This document shows positions 53,233-63,827 of a stretch of 64,000 nucleotides of DNA, piece by piece; the first letter of the stretch is position 1; each line of letters begins with the position of its first letter. The translations under genes and the position numbers were made by a program. The notes beneath the pieces are model-generated. The model was not told the origin of the DNA, did no database searches, and worked only from the letters and a program-made list of their open reading frames with translations. Origin of the DNA: an uncultured virus (IMG/VR IMGVR_UViG_3300006674_000076) (taxonomy: Duplodnaviria > Heunggongvirae > Uroviricota > Caudoviricetes); the IMG/VR virus record IMGVR_UViG_3300006674_000076, positions 1-64,000 of that record; one strand, given 5' to 3'.

Positions 53233-54138
53233 AAGGCTACGTTCACCAATTANGTGGTTTGGAGGAAAAGGAAACATGGTTGCTAAATTATTGCCGTTAA
53301 TTCCGAAGCACAAAATATATGTTGAACCATTTGGTGGAGCCGCCAATCTTTTAATAGCGAAAGAACCTTCTCCTATTGAGATTTATAACGACTTAGATAG
53401 CGGGTTAGTTAATTTCTTTAGAGTGTTGAGAGATAAAGAAAAGTTCAGACAGTTTTATGAGCAAGTGTGTCTAATTCCTTATTCACGTGAAGAGTTTTAC
53501 TATTGCAGAGATGCTTGGGAAAAAGAAGAAGATGATGTTATGCGAGCAGTCAAATGGTTTGTAGCGGCGAGACAATCTTTTAGCGGCGTATTTGGTCAAG
53601 GGTGGAGTTTCATCGTAACACATACTGTTAGAGGAATGCCATCAACTACAAGTGGATGGATAAGTGCTATAGAATTATTGCCACAGGTTTGCGATAGGCT
53701 ATTTAGAGTTCAAATAGAACATAAAGATTTCAGAGAAATAATTACAGCATATGACACAAAAGANACATTTTTTACCTCGACCCGCCATACGTTCCATCTA
53801 CAAGGTCTGGCGGCAAATACAATCATGAAATGTCAATAAAAGACCATGAAGAATTAGTTAAAATGTTATTAAAAATTAAAGGCAAAGCCATGTTATCTGG
53901 CTATGACAACGAAATATATAATAAATTAGAGCGCAACGGTTGGTATAAGTTGTGTTTTGATGTTGTTTGTAGCGCGGCTGGCAGAACACGATATACCAAT
54001 TTGAAAGGAAATGGTTCTGGAATAGAGAACCAGCGTCGCACCGAATGTGTTTGGTTAAGTCCAAACTGTGAAACCATACCCAAAGAAACCAAGCAGTTAA
54101 CACTTATTGAAGANTTTNCNNATAATGAAACAAGTTAA
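53225..54138 (+). pseudogene. Dam-like methyltransferase split by a 1-nt frameshift (or sequencing error)
   Basis: T6 at 53768-53773 where T7 would restore FFYLDPPY as in 14828..15766. Confidence 0.75.
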
Positions 54139-54841
54139 CATTCCAAAGCAACGAAAAATAGAGTTTGACTTAAGGATTGCGTTAGACCCGCAGACAATCT
54201 TAAGACTGTTTCAATCCACACCCTTATTACAAGACTATTGGCGTGTTTTAGAACGTCAAGAAGTGCAAATTGTTAGTTCTGGAGACTACTGGAAGCTATA
54301 TTTTCCCTACTTGAACAAGTATTCTTTGGTATCTACAGTGTTTTTCAACGCTTATTCCATAGATAGAACCAGTTATTCGGCACATGCCGCAGGCTGGCTT
54401 TACTATGCAGGCTTAGTTTGGTGTTGTAAAAGAGACGATTTTTGGGAAAGATTTAATAAAACAGCGCCGAAATTAGATAAAGTGATGCGAAATTTNCACT
54501 TTTACGACGATGCTGAATGGGATTTAGTTAAAAACAGAGTTGCTGATTTATCTTTATTGTGGCTTGCAACGTCAATAAATAATGGTAAAGTGCCTTGGAA
54601 ATCAAGAACAATGGGTAAATTGATACATATATCAAGACCCAATTTGATTTATTACTTGTTAATACGCACTGGAATTGCGAAAGTATTATGGATACATTCC
54701 AGAGAACACACAATTTACTTGCAAATAAATGAGGATTTAGATGAAGATTTGTGGGTAGATATCATTGAGCTTAATGTAAAAGGGCTTAATGCATTAAGAG
54801 TTGGTAAGCGATACAAGGGCATGGTGTATAATATAAAGTAG
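54125..54841 (+). CDS. hypothetical protein
   Basis: 238-aa ORF in operon. Confidence 0.55.
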   Translation: MKQVNIPKQRKIEFDLRIALDPQTILRLFQSTPLLQDYWRVLERQEVQIVSSGDYWKLYFPYLNKYSLVSTVFFNAYSIDRTSYSAHAAGWLYYAGLVWCCKRDDFWERFNKTAPKLDKVMRNXHFYDDAEWDLVKNRVADLSLLWLATSINNGKVPWKSRTMGKLIHISRPNLIYYLLIRTGIAKVLWIHSREHTIYLQINEDLDEDLWVDIIELNVKGLNALRVGKRYKGMVYNIK

Positions 54842-54874
54842 GATATGAAAAATATTAAAGGGGAAGTGAAAGAA

Positions 54875-55261
54875 ATGCAAACAGAATATGAGTTTTTTAT
54901 AGCTGGAAGACCGAGACCAAAGCAAAGAGCAAAATATTCTGCGAAGACAGGTAAGTTCTACACTCCCAAAGAAACTTTGGTATACGAAAAATACATTAAC
55001 GATATAACTAAAGAGCACGTTCCACTGCCCTTAATTGGTGGAATTAAGCTTGAATTAGACATGTATTACTCAGCAACGACAAAAAAACCAGATATAGATA
55101 ACGTAATTAAGTCGTTATTAGACGGAATGACAGGAGCGGCTTATGTAGACGACTCTCAAGTGATGGAAATACACGCTATAATTAGATTGGTTTCTGGCAG
55201 AGAAGGGCAGGGAGTGAAAGTAAAGATAACAGAGGTAAATAAAGATGATTATAAGGTGTGA
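54875..55261 (+). CDS. rusA: RusA-family Holliday-junction resolvase
   Basis: G.P.PKQR, YTPK.T, KPDIDNVIKSLLDGM, DDSQV. Confidence 0.88.
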   Translation: MQTEYEFFIAGRPRPKQRAKYSAKTGKFYTPKETLVYEKYINDITKEHVPLPLIGGIKLELDMYYSATTKKPDIDNVIKSLLDGMTGAAYVDDSQVMEIHAIIRLVSGREGQGVKVKITEVNKDDYKV

Positions 55262-56223
55262 AAGAAATGAATGAATACGCTGTTACGCCAGAGACATTAA
55301 AAATTAGACAGGCATGGCCGTTAGACTTAAAAGTTGAGTGGGCAAAAGCGAAAATTAGAGAGTGGGTGCATTATTGGGGCTTAGATGGTGTCTATGTTTC
55401 GTTCAGCGGCGGTAAAGACAGCACCGTTTTATTGCACTTAGCACGAGAATTGTATCCAGATATAAAAGCTGTATTCATAGATACTGGACTTGAATTTCCA
55501 GAAGTAAGAGAATTTGTTAAAACTTGGGATAATGTTGATTGGGTTATACCACCCAAAAGTTTTAGAAAGGTGATTGAATATCATGGTTATCCTGTTGTTT
55601 CAAAAGAGGTTTCTGCTATTGTCGAACAAATAAGAAGAAAACCAGACGACGAATTTAATGTAAATCGTTGGAAATATGGTATTTTGAGAGACGGAACTAA
55701 AACAACTTACTGTTTACCCAAAAAGTGGTGGTTTTTAATAGATACGGATTTCAAAATTAGCGACAGATGTTGCTATGAGCTTAAAAAAGCTCCAATGAAG
55801 AGATATGAGAAAGAACATAAAGTTGTTCCAATGATGGGAACTAAGGTTAAAGATGGAATGTTGAGAAGAACTGTCTATTATAGAACTGGTTGCAATGCAT
55901 TTGAAGGTAGAAGACCAATAAGCAGACCACTATCCATTTGGACAGACCAAGATATTCTTAGGTATATTAAAGAAAATAATATCCCAATAGCCAAGTGTTA
56001 TGGAGAAATTGTAGAGGAAAACGGCGTTTTAAAAACAACTGGAGTAAGTGGCACTGGTTGTATGTTTTGCATGTTTGGTGTTCAATCAGAAAAGTGCCCT
56101 AATAAATTTCAAAAAATGAAAGTAAATCACCCGAAGCACTGGGAATATTGTATGAAACCATTTGAAGAGGGTGGTTTAGGACTAAAACACGTATTAGAGG
56201 TGTTAAATGTCCCATACGAGTAG
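55258..56223 (+). CDS. PAPS-reductase-family protein
   Basis: Homolog of 15862..16821. Confidence 0.85.
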   Translation: MKEMNEYAVTPETLKIRQAWPLDLKVEWAKAKIREWVHYWGLDGVYVSFSGGKDSTVLLHLARELYPDIKAVFIDTGLEFPEVREFVKTWDNVDWVIPPKSFRKVIEYHGYPVVSKEVSAIVEQIRRKPDDEFNVNRWKYGILRDGTKTTYCLPKKWWFLIDTDFKISDRCCYELKKAPMKRYEKEHKVVPMMGTKVKDGMLRRTVYYRTGCNAFEGRRPISRPLSIWTDQDILRYIKENNIPIAKCYGEIVEENGVLKTTGVSGTGCMFCMFGVQSEKCPNKFQKMKVNHPKHWEYCMKPFEEGGLGLKHVLEVLNVPYE

Positions 56224-56246
56224 TTTTATCAAAGAGGTGAAAAATA

Positions 56247-56807
56247 TTGGCTACTAAGAGGGATAAAATATGGTTGAGACAACCAAATGAACCTCAAAAT
56301 GAGTATAATTTGTTTGAAAAATACTTAATGTTAGGCGTTGGACGTTCCTTAGAACAGCTTGCAAAGATGCAAGGAAGAACAAAAGTGCCTGCATCTTATG
56401 TTACTTTCTATCAAAACTATAATTGGGAGGAGCGAGCCAACGCATATGACGAATACATATTGGAAGAAAGAGGCAAAAAGAGAGCATTTACATCAGATAA
56501 ACTACATGAAGAGCTCACTGGAGTTGCCCAAAAGTTCCTTGATAAGGTTAATCAACGCTTGGCTACTCTCGATGCAGAGTCATTATCGCCAAAAGATGTT
56601 AAAGAATGGGTCGATGCGATTGTAAAAGTGCAAAAATTGAGTGCTGACATGGGCTTAAATTACAGTAAAAACGGCAAAAAGACGTCTTTCAACACTCCTT
56701 TGGTTGAAGTTGTGATAAAACAAGATGAAAAAGAGGAAAAAGAGCTTCCAAAACCACAAATTATCAATGTAGAAGACGAAAAAGAAGCGATTGGTGGTGA
56801 AGAATAG
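56247..56807 (+). CDS. putative terminase small subunit
   Basis: Protein identical to 16845..17405. Confidence 0.7.
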   Translation: MATKRDKIWLRQPNEPQNEYNLFEKYLMLGVGRSLEQLAKMQGRTKVPASYVTFYQNYNWEERANAYDEYILEERGKKRAFTSDKLHEELTGVAQKFLDKVNQRLATLDAESLSPKDVKEWVDAIVKVQKLSADMGLNYSKNGKKTSFNTPLVEVVIKQDEKEEKELPKPQIINVEDEKEAIGGEE

Positions 56808-58027
56808 TGCCAAAAGCCAAAATACAGTTCATTCCACATGCTGGACAGCTTAAAGCTTGGAATTCTGAGAAGCGAATTGTTGCTGTAATAGCTGGTTCAG
56901 GCGGTGGGAAGTCCCTATTGGGCTCATTTTGGCTGTTAAGAGAGATACAGAAAGACCCAAGAGCCACTTTTATGGCTGTAGCACCGACATATTCAATGCT
57001 AATTCGTAATTTGATGCCTTATATTCAGAATTTGCTTGAACCTTACGGTGCTTATTATAGAACTAATGAAAAAGTATGGTATTTACCAGAAGGCGGAAGA
57101 GTAATAATGGGCTCTGCTGATAACCCATTAAGTTTAGAAGGAGCACACGTTAGAGCTGCTTGGTTAGACGAAGCTGGACAGATGGACGCTTTAGTTTGGG
57201 ACGTTGTTAGAAGAAGAACTGCTTTTCATAGAGGTAGAATTTTGATTACAACTACTCCATACTTTTGGAACTGGATAAAGACTGAGGTATACGATAAATG
57301 GGCTTCAGGAGAAGATGAAGATATTGAAGTAATAACCTTTGACTCAAAGACTAATCCTTACTTCCCTATTGAAGAGTTTGAAAGGCTAAGAGCTACGATG
57401 CCAGATTGGAAGTTTAAGATGTTCTACGAAGCACAGTGGACGAGACCTTCAGGCTTAGTTTACGCTGACTTCAGAGAAGATATCAATTTGGTGCAGCCAT
57501 TTGATATTCCAAGCGATTGGCGTAGATACATCGGTGTAGACTTCGGGTTTAATAACCCATGTGCAGCAGTTTGGGTTGCAGTTGACAAAGACACAGATAC
57601 TTGGTATGTTTACAGAGAATACAAGAAGAAAGGTAAAACGGCACAGGAATTTGCAACTGAAATATCCAATATATCTTATGATGAGTTTATTTACAAAATA
57701 TACGGAGACCCATCATCTCCACAATCTTTGAAAGAATTACGTAAATACTTCCAAGGAGCAGTATCACCAGCAGACAACAAGGTATTAGATGGCATCGGAG
57801 CTGTAACTGTGCGAATTAGAAATGGCAGTTTGAAGATATTCGCTAATTTAGATGGTTTATTAGATGAGTTAAAGTCATATAGATGGAAGATGAGTAACGA
57901 TACAATGTATGATGAGCCAGTTAAAGAAAACGACCACTTGCTGGACGCACTAAGATATGTTGTTTATTCAACGTATAAGAGTAACAACATAAGAAAGATA
58001 CCTGTTCCTAAACCGATGGGGTGGTGA
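56807..58027 (+). CDS. terL: terminase large subunit
   Basis: Same motifs as 17405..18625. Confidence 0.93.
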   Translation: MPKAKIQFIPHAGQLKAWNSEKRIVAVIAGSGGGKSLLGSFWLLREIQKDPRATFMAVAPTYSMLIRNLMPYIQNLLEPYGAYYRTNEKVWYLPEGGRVIMGSADNPLSLEGAHVRAAWLDEAGQMDALVWDVVRRRTAFHRGRILITTTPYFWNWIKTEVYDKWASGEDEDIEVITFDSKTNPYFPIEEFERLRATMPDWKFKMFYEAQWTRPSGLVYADFREDINLVQPFDIPSDWRRYIGVDFGFNNPCAAVWVAVDKDTDTWYVYREYKKKGKTAQEFATEISNISYDEFIYKIYGDPSSPQSLKELRKYFQGAVSPADNKVLDGIGAVTVRIRNGSLKIFANLDGLLDELKSYRWKMSNDTMYDEPVKENDHLLDALRYVVYSTYKSNNIRKIPVPKPMGW

Positions 58028-58028
58028 G

Positions 58029-59459
58029 ATGTTAACAAGTTTAGATGTGATATCACAAGGTAAGTCTTTTCCACCTTTTACAGAACTGCCAAGGCTTGAT
58101 AGATACAGGACTAATAAATTTCTATTTGATAATAAGCCACAAGCAGTATGGGTAGATTGGGCACGTAGATTAGAGGGCGACCAAGGTTTAGGCATGATGG
58201 TAGCTCTGAACTATCCACAACGCTTGTCTAAGCTGTGGGCTGATATGCTATTTGGAGAAACACCAAGGATAACCGTTTACCCAGAAACGCAAGAGAATGT
58301 AACCGATATGACAAAGATGTTGCTTGTTTCAGACTTTTGGAACGTGTCTTATCAGGTTGCATTAGATGTTTCCAGATATGGCACTGGCATTTACAAGTTA
58401 TGGTTAGACGGTGTTCCAAGGTTCCAAGCCATTCCTCCTCATATGTGGTTCCCAATAATTAATCCAAGCAATATGCATGAAGTTGTAGCACATGTTATAG
58501 CTTGGTTGTCTAAAGATACTGATAATAGCGGAGACAATACGTTGTTGATGGAAATACATACTGCTGGCAAGATTGAATACAGAGCGTATAAAATGCACAG
58601 TGGCATTATCGGAGATGACATTACCGATTTAGTTTACGAAAACAGAGAAGAAGAGACTGGAGTTGATATACCGCTTATATTCACAGTGCATAACATAAAC
58701 GCTTCAGATAGTCCCATCGGGCAAGACGATTACGAGGCTATAGAACCTATTTTGTATGAACTTAATCAGAGGTTATCACAAATTGCAAGGATTCTAAATA
58801 AGCATTCAGACCCACATATGGCAGGACCAGAGACAGCCTTGGAGCAAGATGAAATGGGAAGATATGTATTTAGAGGTGGTGCTAAATACTTCCCATTAGA
58901 AGCTGGAGACCCGATACCACAGTATATAACTTGGGACGGTAAATTACAAGCTGCATTTGACGAGATTAAATTCTTAGTAGAACAGTTGTTTGTAATATCT
59001 GAGGTATCTCCAGTGCTGTTTGGCATGACTGAAGGTTCGCTTAGAACTGGTGCTGGACTACGTAAAGAGTTGATAGCTCCAATATCTAAATCCAACAGAT
59101 TGAGAATGCGTTTTGACCCAGTGATTAGAAATATGATACTAACTGCTGGTGCGTTGTGGAACAAAGATTGGAAAGAGATAAACGTTAGCTGGCAGGAAGG
59201 GTTACCAATTAACGACCTTGAACAAGCTCAGATTTACACGATGCTATATAAGACTGGATTGGTATCTCAGGAGACTGCTGTTAAAAAGCTGTTCTCTTTG
59301 GATAGCCAAACGCTAAACGAAGAACTATCTAAGATAAACCAATCAGCAACGGTTAAAAAGGGCGATGCTGCAACGTTGATTGATAACAAATACGGCGTAG
59401 CAGCGGAAAGTGCTCTAAATGCAGTGCAAGGTGACGGGACGTTAAACACGGAAATTTAA
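58029..59459 (+). CDS. portal protein
   Basis: Homolog of 18627..20066. Confidence 0.85.
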   Translation: MLTSLDVISQGKSFPPFTELPRLDRYRTNKFLFDNKPQAVWVDWARRLEGDQGLGMMVALNYPQRLSKLWADMLFGETPRITVYPETQENVTDMTKMLLVSDFWNVSYQVALDVSRYGTGIYKLWLDGVPRFQAIPPHMWFPIINPSNMHEVVAHVIAWLSKDTDNSGDNTLLMEIHTAGKIEYRAYKMHSGIIGDDITDLVYENREEETGVDIPLIFTVHNINASDSPIGQDDYEAIEPILYELNQRLSQIARILNKHSDPHMAGPETALEQDEMGRYVFRGGAKYFPLEAGDPIPQYITWDGKLQAAFDEIKFLVEQLFVISEVSPVLFGMTEGSLRTGAGLRKELIAPISKSNRLRMRFDPVIRNMILTAGALWNKDWKEINVSWQEGLPINDLEQAQIYTMLYKTGLVSQETAVKKLFSLDSQTLNEELSKINQSATVKKGDAATLIDNKYGVAAESALNAVQGDGTLNTEI

Positions 59460-59460
59460 C

Positions 59461-59583
59461 ATGCCACGCAGGAATAGAAGGAAGCACAAAGAACCAGAAG
59501 ATTATTACGAAAACATCAAGTTGAAGAGAAAAGACAAGTTTTATCGTAAAAAGAGGTGGAAGAAAAATGGCAGAAAGAGTTAG
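59461..59583 (+). CDS. 40-aa highly basic peptide (not in ORF track)
   Basis: MPRRNRRKHKEPEDYYENIKLKRKDKFYRKKRWKKNGRKS. Confidence 0.7.
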   Translation: MPRRNRRKHKEPEDYYENIKLKRKDKFYRKKRWKKNGRKS

Positions 59584-59878
59584 CCATAAGCCTTGGGGCA
59601 GATTCTCAGAAAGTGATTATACATTGGAGCAGTTAGCTCGTGCTTCTTTAATACACATGCAGGAGCCACCCAAAACCAAGGCTGATTGCAAATTACCAAT
59701 TAGAGAACCAGATGGAACTTTGAATGCAAACGGCATAGTAGCAGCTGCGATAAGAATACATCAAACAGATGCACCAATGGAAAAGAAACGCAAAGCAGCA
59801 AGGAAACTTGTATCTCTATATAGAAACGTTCTTAATAGAGAACCACCAGACAGCTTGAAAAGATTAGCTGAAATGTAA
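59567..59878 (+). CDS. conserved head-module protein
   Basis: Homolog of 20164..20475. Confidence 0.75.
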   Translation: MAERVSHKPWGRFSESDYTLEQLARASLIHMQEPPKTKADCKLPIREPDGTLNANGIVAAAIRIHQTDAPMEKKRKAARKLVSLYRNVLNREPPDSLKRLAEM

Positions 59879-59952
59879 GTAATGCATGTGGTATAATAAT
59901 TATTAGTAAAAATTACGCTGACAACGAGCGGTAAATCGTTGGAAGGAGGTTT

Positions 59953-60552
59953 ATGATGGCAGACGAAGTTAAACAAGTCCAAAGCAGTAATGAGGTTAAC
60001 GAAACTCAAGCAGTTAGTGAACCTATACAAGAGCAAGAAACTCCTAAGGTATTTACACAAGAGGAGTTAGAAAAGATTATTGCAGAAAGGCTTGAAAGAG
60101 AAAGAAAGAAATACAAAGATTACGACGAATTAAAGAAAGTTGCAGAAGAGTATAAGAAGATGAAAGAAGCACAGATGACAGAAGAAGAAAAATTACAGAG
60201 CAAGTTAGCTGAATTAGAAGCGGCTGTGCTTGAGAAAGAGTTGGAGGTGCAGGAAGCCATGATTGAAAAAACAAAGATGAAAGTAGCGATGGAAATGGGC
60301 TTACCTGCTGACGCTTTAGATTTCATCTCTGGTTCTACAGAGGAAGAAATCAGAGAAGCGGCTGAGAAGTTTAAGAATTTACTTGGAGGAAATTACTCCA
60401 AGGTTGGTAAGCCTTCAGCTCCTGCAACAGCACAGTCTGGGTCGAAGGTATGGACACGTAGCGAAATTGAAAACATGTCACGAGAAGAACTAATACAGCA
60501 CAGAGAAGAGATTAAACAAGCCATGAAAGAAGGCAGAATAATTGACAAATAA
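59953..60552 (+). CDS. capsid scaffolding protein
   Basis: Homolog of 20548..21144. Confidence 0.8.
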   Translation: MMADEVKQVQSSNEVNETQAVSEPIQEQETPKVFTQEELEKIIAERLERERKKYKDYDELKKVAEEYKKMKEAQMTEEEKLQSKLAELEAAVLEKELEVQEAMIEKTKMKVAMEMGLPADALDFISGSTEEEIREAAEKFKNLLGGNYSKVGKPSAPATAQSGSKVWTRSEIENMSREELIQHREEIKQAMKEGRIIDK

Positions 60553-60569
60553 AGAGGTGAAATATAAAT

Positions 60570-61550
60570 ATGGCTAATGAAATTTTTAGTAAAGATACAA
60601 GTGGAACCTTTACTAAAATTGTGCCCGGCGAAATAGTTCCCACTTTTTGGAGCGCAACATTATTAGAGGACCTTAAGAAAGAGCTGGTGTTTGGTTCTTT
60701 AACCAACGCACAGTATATTGGTGAAGTAAAATACGGTCAAACGTTAAAGATATTCAACGTATCTGGCGTAACAATTACAAATTATAGTCCAGTAGATGGA
60801 TTTGGCAACGCATGGACTCCAAGCAGAGCTAAAGCTGAAGAAGTAACTACATTAACAATTGATAATGCAAAGGCATTTCAGTTCTTCATAGAGGACCTTG
60901 AAAATAGAGCAGTTCTCGTAGACTTAATGTCTGCGATAATGAGAGAAACCACTTATAAATTAAGAGATGTTGTAGACCAGTATATCGCAGGGCTATTTGA
61001 AGCTGGAGCTACTCCATTCCTGACTGATACAGGAGGAGAGATTGCGGCACAGCTAACCAATACTTACACTTTCTACGACCTATTGGTTGACGTTGACACT
61101 TTAATGAATAAAAACAACGTTCCAAGGAATGGTCGTTGGATTGTCGTTCCACCAGAATTGAGAGCTCTACTGCTTAAGGACAATAGGTTTGTAGCCAACG
61201 CTTCTTCTCCACAAGCTTATGTATCTTTGCTGAATGGTGAAGTTGGTCAGGCGGCTGGATTTACTGTTAAGATGAGCAACAACGTTCCTACGCTTAGTGG
61301 AACATTAGATGGTTCTTATCGTTTCTACGCTGGAACTAACGATGCGTTGGCATTTGCATATGATGTAGAGAAGATTGAAACATACAGACCTGAGAACAGA
61401 TTTGCAGATGCCGTTAAAGGATTGTTTGTATACGGAGCTAAGGTAATCAGACCAGTTTGCGTTTACAAAGTTGCAGTTAAACTACCTGTTCCAGAACCAG
61501 AACAACCAGGACAAGGTAATACTGGTGGTAATGGTGGTAATAGTTCATAA
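60570..61550 (+). CDS. major capsid protein with Pro/Gly/Asn C-terminal extension
   Basis: Homolog of 21162..22088; hairpin CGGGAGCTGTC/GACAGCTCCCG follows. Confidence 0.85.
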   Translation: MANEIFSKDTSGTFTKIVPGEIVPTFWSATLLEDLKKELVFGSLTNAQYIGEVKYGQTLKIFNVSGVTITNYSPVDGFGNAWTPSRAKAEEVTTLTIDNAKAFQFFIEDLENRAVLVDLMSAIMRETTYKLRDVVDQYIAGLFEAGATPFLTDTGGEIAAQLTNTYTFYDLLVDVDTLMNKNNVPRNGRWIVVPPELRALLLKDNRFVANASSPQAYVSLLNGEVGQAAGFTVKMSNNVPTLSGTLDGSYRFYAGTNDALAFAYDVEKIETYRPENRFADAVKGLFVYGAKVIRPVCVYKVAVKLPVPEPEQPGQGNTGGNGGNSS

Positions 61551-61615
61551 TTACGTTTATCACATTATTAGCGGGAGCTGTCATGCGACAGCTCCCGAGA
61601 TAAATGGAGGTTAAA

Positions 61616-61846
61616 ATGGCAGTATTGTATGATAAGAAAAACAAGCATTACGTTTATGTAGAGGACGAAGAAGTTGAAACACTGATAAAAGCTTATGATT
61701 GGCTGGAGGTGGTCAGATGGCACTCACAATTGGTACCAACAGTTACGTCGACGTCGGATACGCAGACGAATACTTCAGAGCAAGAGACATCGACGGAACA
61801 GGAATCTGGAAAGACCTCACGAAAGAACAAAAAGAAGCAATATTAG
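61616..61846 (+). CDS. small protein overlapping adaptor gene
   Basis: Homolog of 22151..22375. Confidence 0.7.
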   Translation: MAVLYDKKNKHYVYVEDEEVETLIKAYDWLEVVRWHSQLVPTVTSTSDTQTNTSEQETSTEQESGKTSRKNKKKQY

Positions 61847-62292
61847 TTCAAGCTGCATCTTTGCTTGATACTTTAATTTATAAAGGTGCCAAGAAAGACC
61901 CTAATCAGCCAATGGCATTTCCAAGAGTTCTAATGATTAAACACGGAGTAGAATTTGCAGCTGAGCTTTTAGACACTGGCTCCATTTATGAGGCTATCGC
62001 ACAGTTATACCCACAAGAACCTTATATTTACAGGGTTGGAGATATAGAATACATTGACATTGGAACTCCAGAGATAATTAAGATGGCACAATGCGAACAG
62101 GCAAAGTATTTACTTGAAATGGCTAATGACCCGAGAATACAAGCTATTATGTCTGGAGTATCGTATGTAGCAGTAGGTTCAGTTAGAGAGGCATACAATA
62201 CTGATAGGGTTAGTGCTAAAACGGTGATAATTTCTCCTATGGCTAAGTCTTTAATAAAACCGTTAATCGCTGGAGCAGTTGGACAGATATGA
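61717..62292 (+). CDS. head-tail adaptor/connector
   Basis: Homolog of 22252..22827. Confidence 0.7.
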   Translation: MALTIGTNSYVDVGYADEYFRARDIDGTGIWKDLTKEQKEAILVQAASLLDTLIYKGAKKDPNQPMAFPRVLMIKHGVEFAAELLDTGSIYEAIAQLYPQEPYIYRVGDIEYIDIGTPEIIKMAQCEQAKYLLEMANDPRIQAIMSGVSYVAVGSVREAYNTDRVSAKTVIISPMAKSLIKPLIAGAVGQI

Positions 62293-62603
62293 GCATTGTA
62301 GACAAATACTTAACGCAGACAGCTTACGTGTTAGAGCAGTTAGGAACTAACAGATACGGTGAGTATGAAACTGTTAGTAAACCGATTAAGTGCAGGTTAG
62401 AGATGTCGCAAAGCTACTTGGGAGAGATAACCAGAGCTTTAATGATAACTGAATACCAAGCTAAAGCGTTAATGTTTTGTAAAGAACCAGTAACTCTCGG
62501 GCAAAAAGTAATGTATAAAGGTAATGAATACACAGCGATACAGGTTAATGAAATAATCAATCTCGACGGCTCTCTATCTCATTATGAGGTAATATTAGGG
62601 TGA
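62289..62603 (+). CDS. putative head-closure protein
   Basis: Nearly identical to 22824..23138. Confidence 0.6.
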   Translation: MSIVDKYLTQTAYVLEQLGTNRYGEYETVSKPIKCRLEMSQSYLGEITRALMITEYQAKALMFCKEPVTLGQKVMYKGNEYTAIQVNEIINLDGSLSHYEVILG

Positions 62604-63010
62604 GAAAAGTAAAGATAAAAATATCTAAGACTGACCCGTGGATTTCTAAAGCTGAAGAATACCAAGAAATACTTGAAGATGCTTTCATTAAAGACGGCGT
62701 AATCATTAACCTTAGAAAGAAAAGCGTTGATGCATTCTACTATGCTAAAGAAGTGCTTGCACCAGAAGATACTGGCAATTTAAGAAGCACGATGCAGTTG
62801 AGTGAAAGCTCATCTTCAGATAAGATTACTTTTACATTCTCGGTATCTGCGTTTGACTTTGACGAAGGAGTGGCTTACGGCAGATTACACGAATTAGTGC
62901 ATGATGGCGTTTATAGATATCACAAAGAAGGAACGATGAACCAATACATGCTTAGAGCAATTAATAAGAAATTTGGCACTAACTTTAAGCACTACACTTC
63001 AGCTTTCTAA
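62600..63010 (+). CDS. HK97 gp10-like neck protein
   Basis: Protein identical to 23135..23545. Confidence 0.7.
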   Translation: MRKVKIKISKTDPWISKAEEYQEILEDAFIKDGVIINLRKKSVDAFYYAKEVLAPEDTGNLRSTMQLSESSSSDKITFTFSVSAFDFDEGVAYGRLHELVHDGVYRYHKEGTMNQYMLRAINKKFGTNFKHYTSAF

Positions 63011-63025
63011 GAGAGGGAATGAGAT

Positions 63026-63415
63026 ATGTTAGCGGCAGAAACAGTGTATGACCTTGTAGCAGAAGCAATAAACGGAAGGTGTGAGCTGTTTGTCGGCACA
63101 CCACCTTTTGATTTAGATGACTTGGTAGCACTTTACGATACTGGTATTGGAGATGGAGCTGAAGTTAACGGTTCAACGATGGAAAAAGCAATCATCATGG
63201 TAGTTGTCCGTTCTAAAAGATATGCTGATGGCTCTGCCATAATTGAAGATATTTACAAGCATCTCAACGATGCAAACAAAGATGGGTATGAATACAAAGA
63301 TGGTGCATATATTATAATGATAAGAGCATCAAGACCTCCATCTTATGAAGGTTTAGATGCGAGGCAAAGGCACATATTTACGCAACAATTTAATGTAATG
63401 CGAGAGGTGAAATAA
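63026..63415 (+). CDS. putative tail terminator
   Basis: Nearly identical to 23561..23950. Confidence 0.65.
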   Translation: MLAAETVYDLVAEAINGRCELFVGTPPFDLDDLVALYDTGIGDGAEVNGSTMEKAIIMVVVRSKRYADGSAIIEDIYKHLNDANKDGYEYKDGAYIIMIRASRPPSYEGLDARQRHIFTQQFNVMREVK

Positions 63416-63418
63416 AGA

Positions 63419-63826
63419 ATGGCTATAAGCGGCGCATACGGAAAAATATACGTTAAACAAGGTGGAACCAATGTTAAAATCGCAGAGATGTCAAGGTGGA
63501 CCTTGAACTTGGACGTTAACGATGTGGACGTAACTAACTTCGATACTGAAGGTTGGGTAGAAAGACTGACCACATTCAAGGATTGGACTGCATCTTGTGA
63601 AGGGAACCTTGTCATTGGCGATGTCGGACAGATGGCTTTAATAGATGCTTACATAAACGGAGAACCAGTTACTATTGAGATGACAATTGGCAAGCCTTCT
63701 TCTCCACAATTGGTAATATCTGGCAAAGCGATGATGAGTTTAACATTAGAAGCATCTACAGACAGTCAGGCAACGTTCTCTGCTGACTTCAACGGCATGG
63801 GTGCGTTGACAATACATACTACATAG
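63419..63826 (+). CDS. major tail tube protein
   Basis: Homolog of 23954..24361. Confidence 0.8.
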   Translation: MAISGAYGKIYVKQGGTNVKIAEMSRWTLNLDVNDVDVTNFDTEGWVERLTTFKDWTASCEGNLVIGDVGQMALIDAYINGEPVTIEMTIGKPSSPQLVISGKAMMSLTLEASTDSQATFSADFNGMGALTIHTT

Positions 63827-63827
63827 C

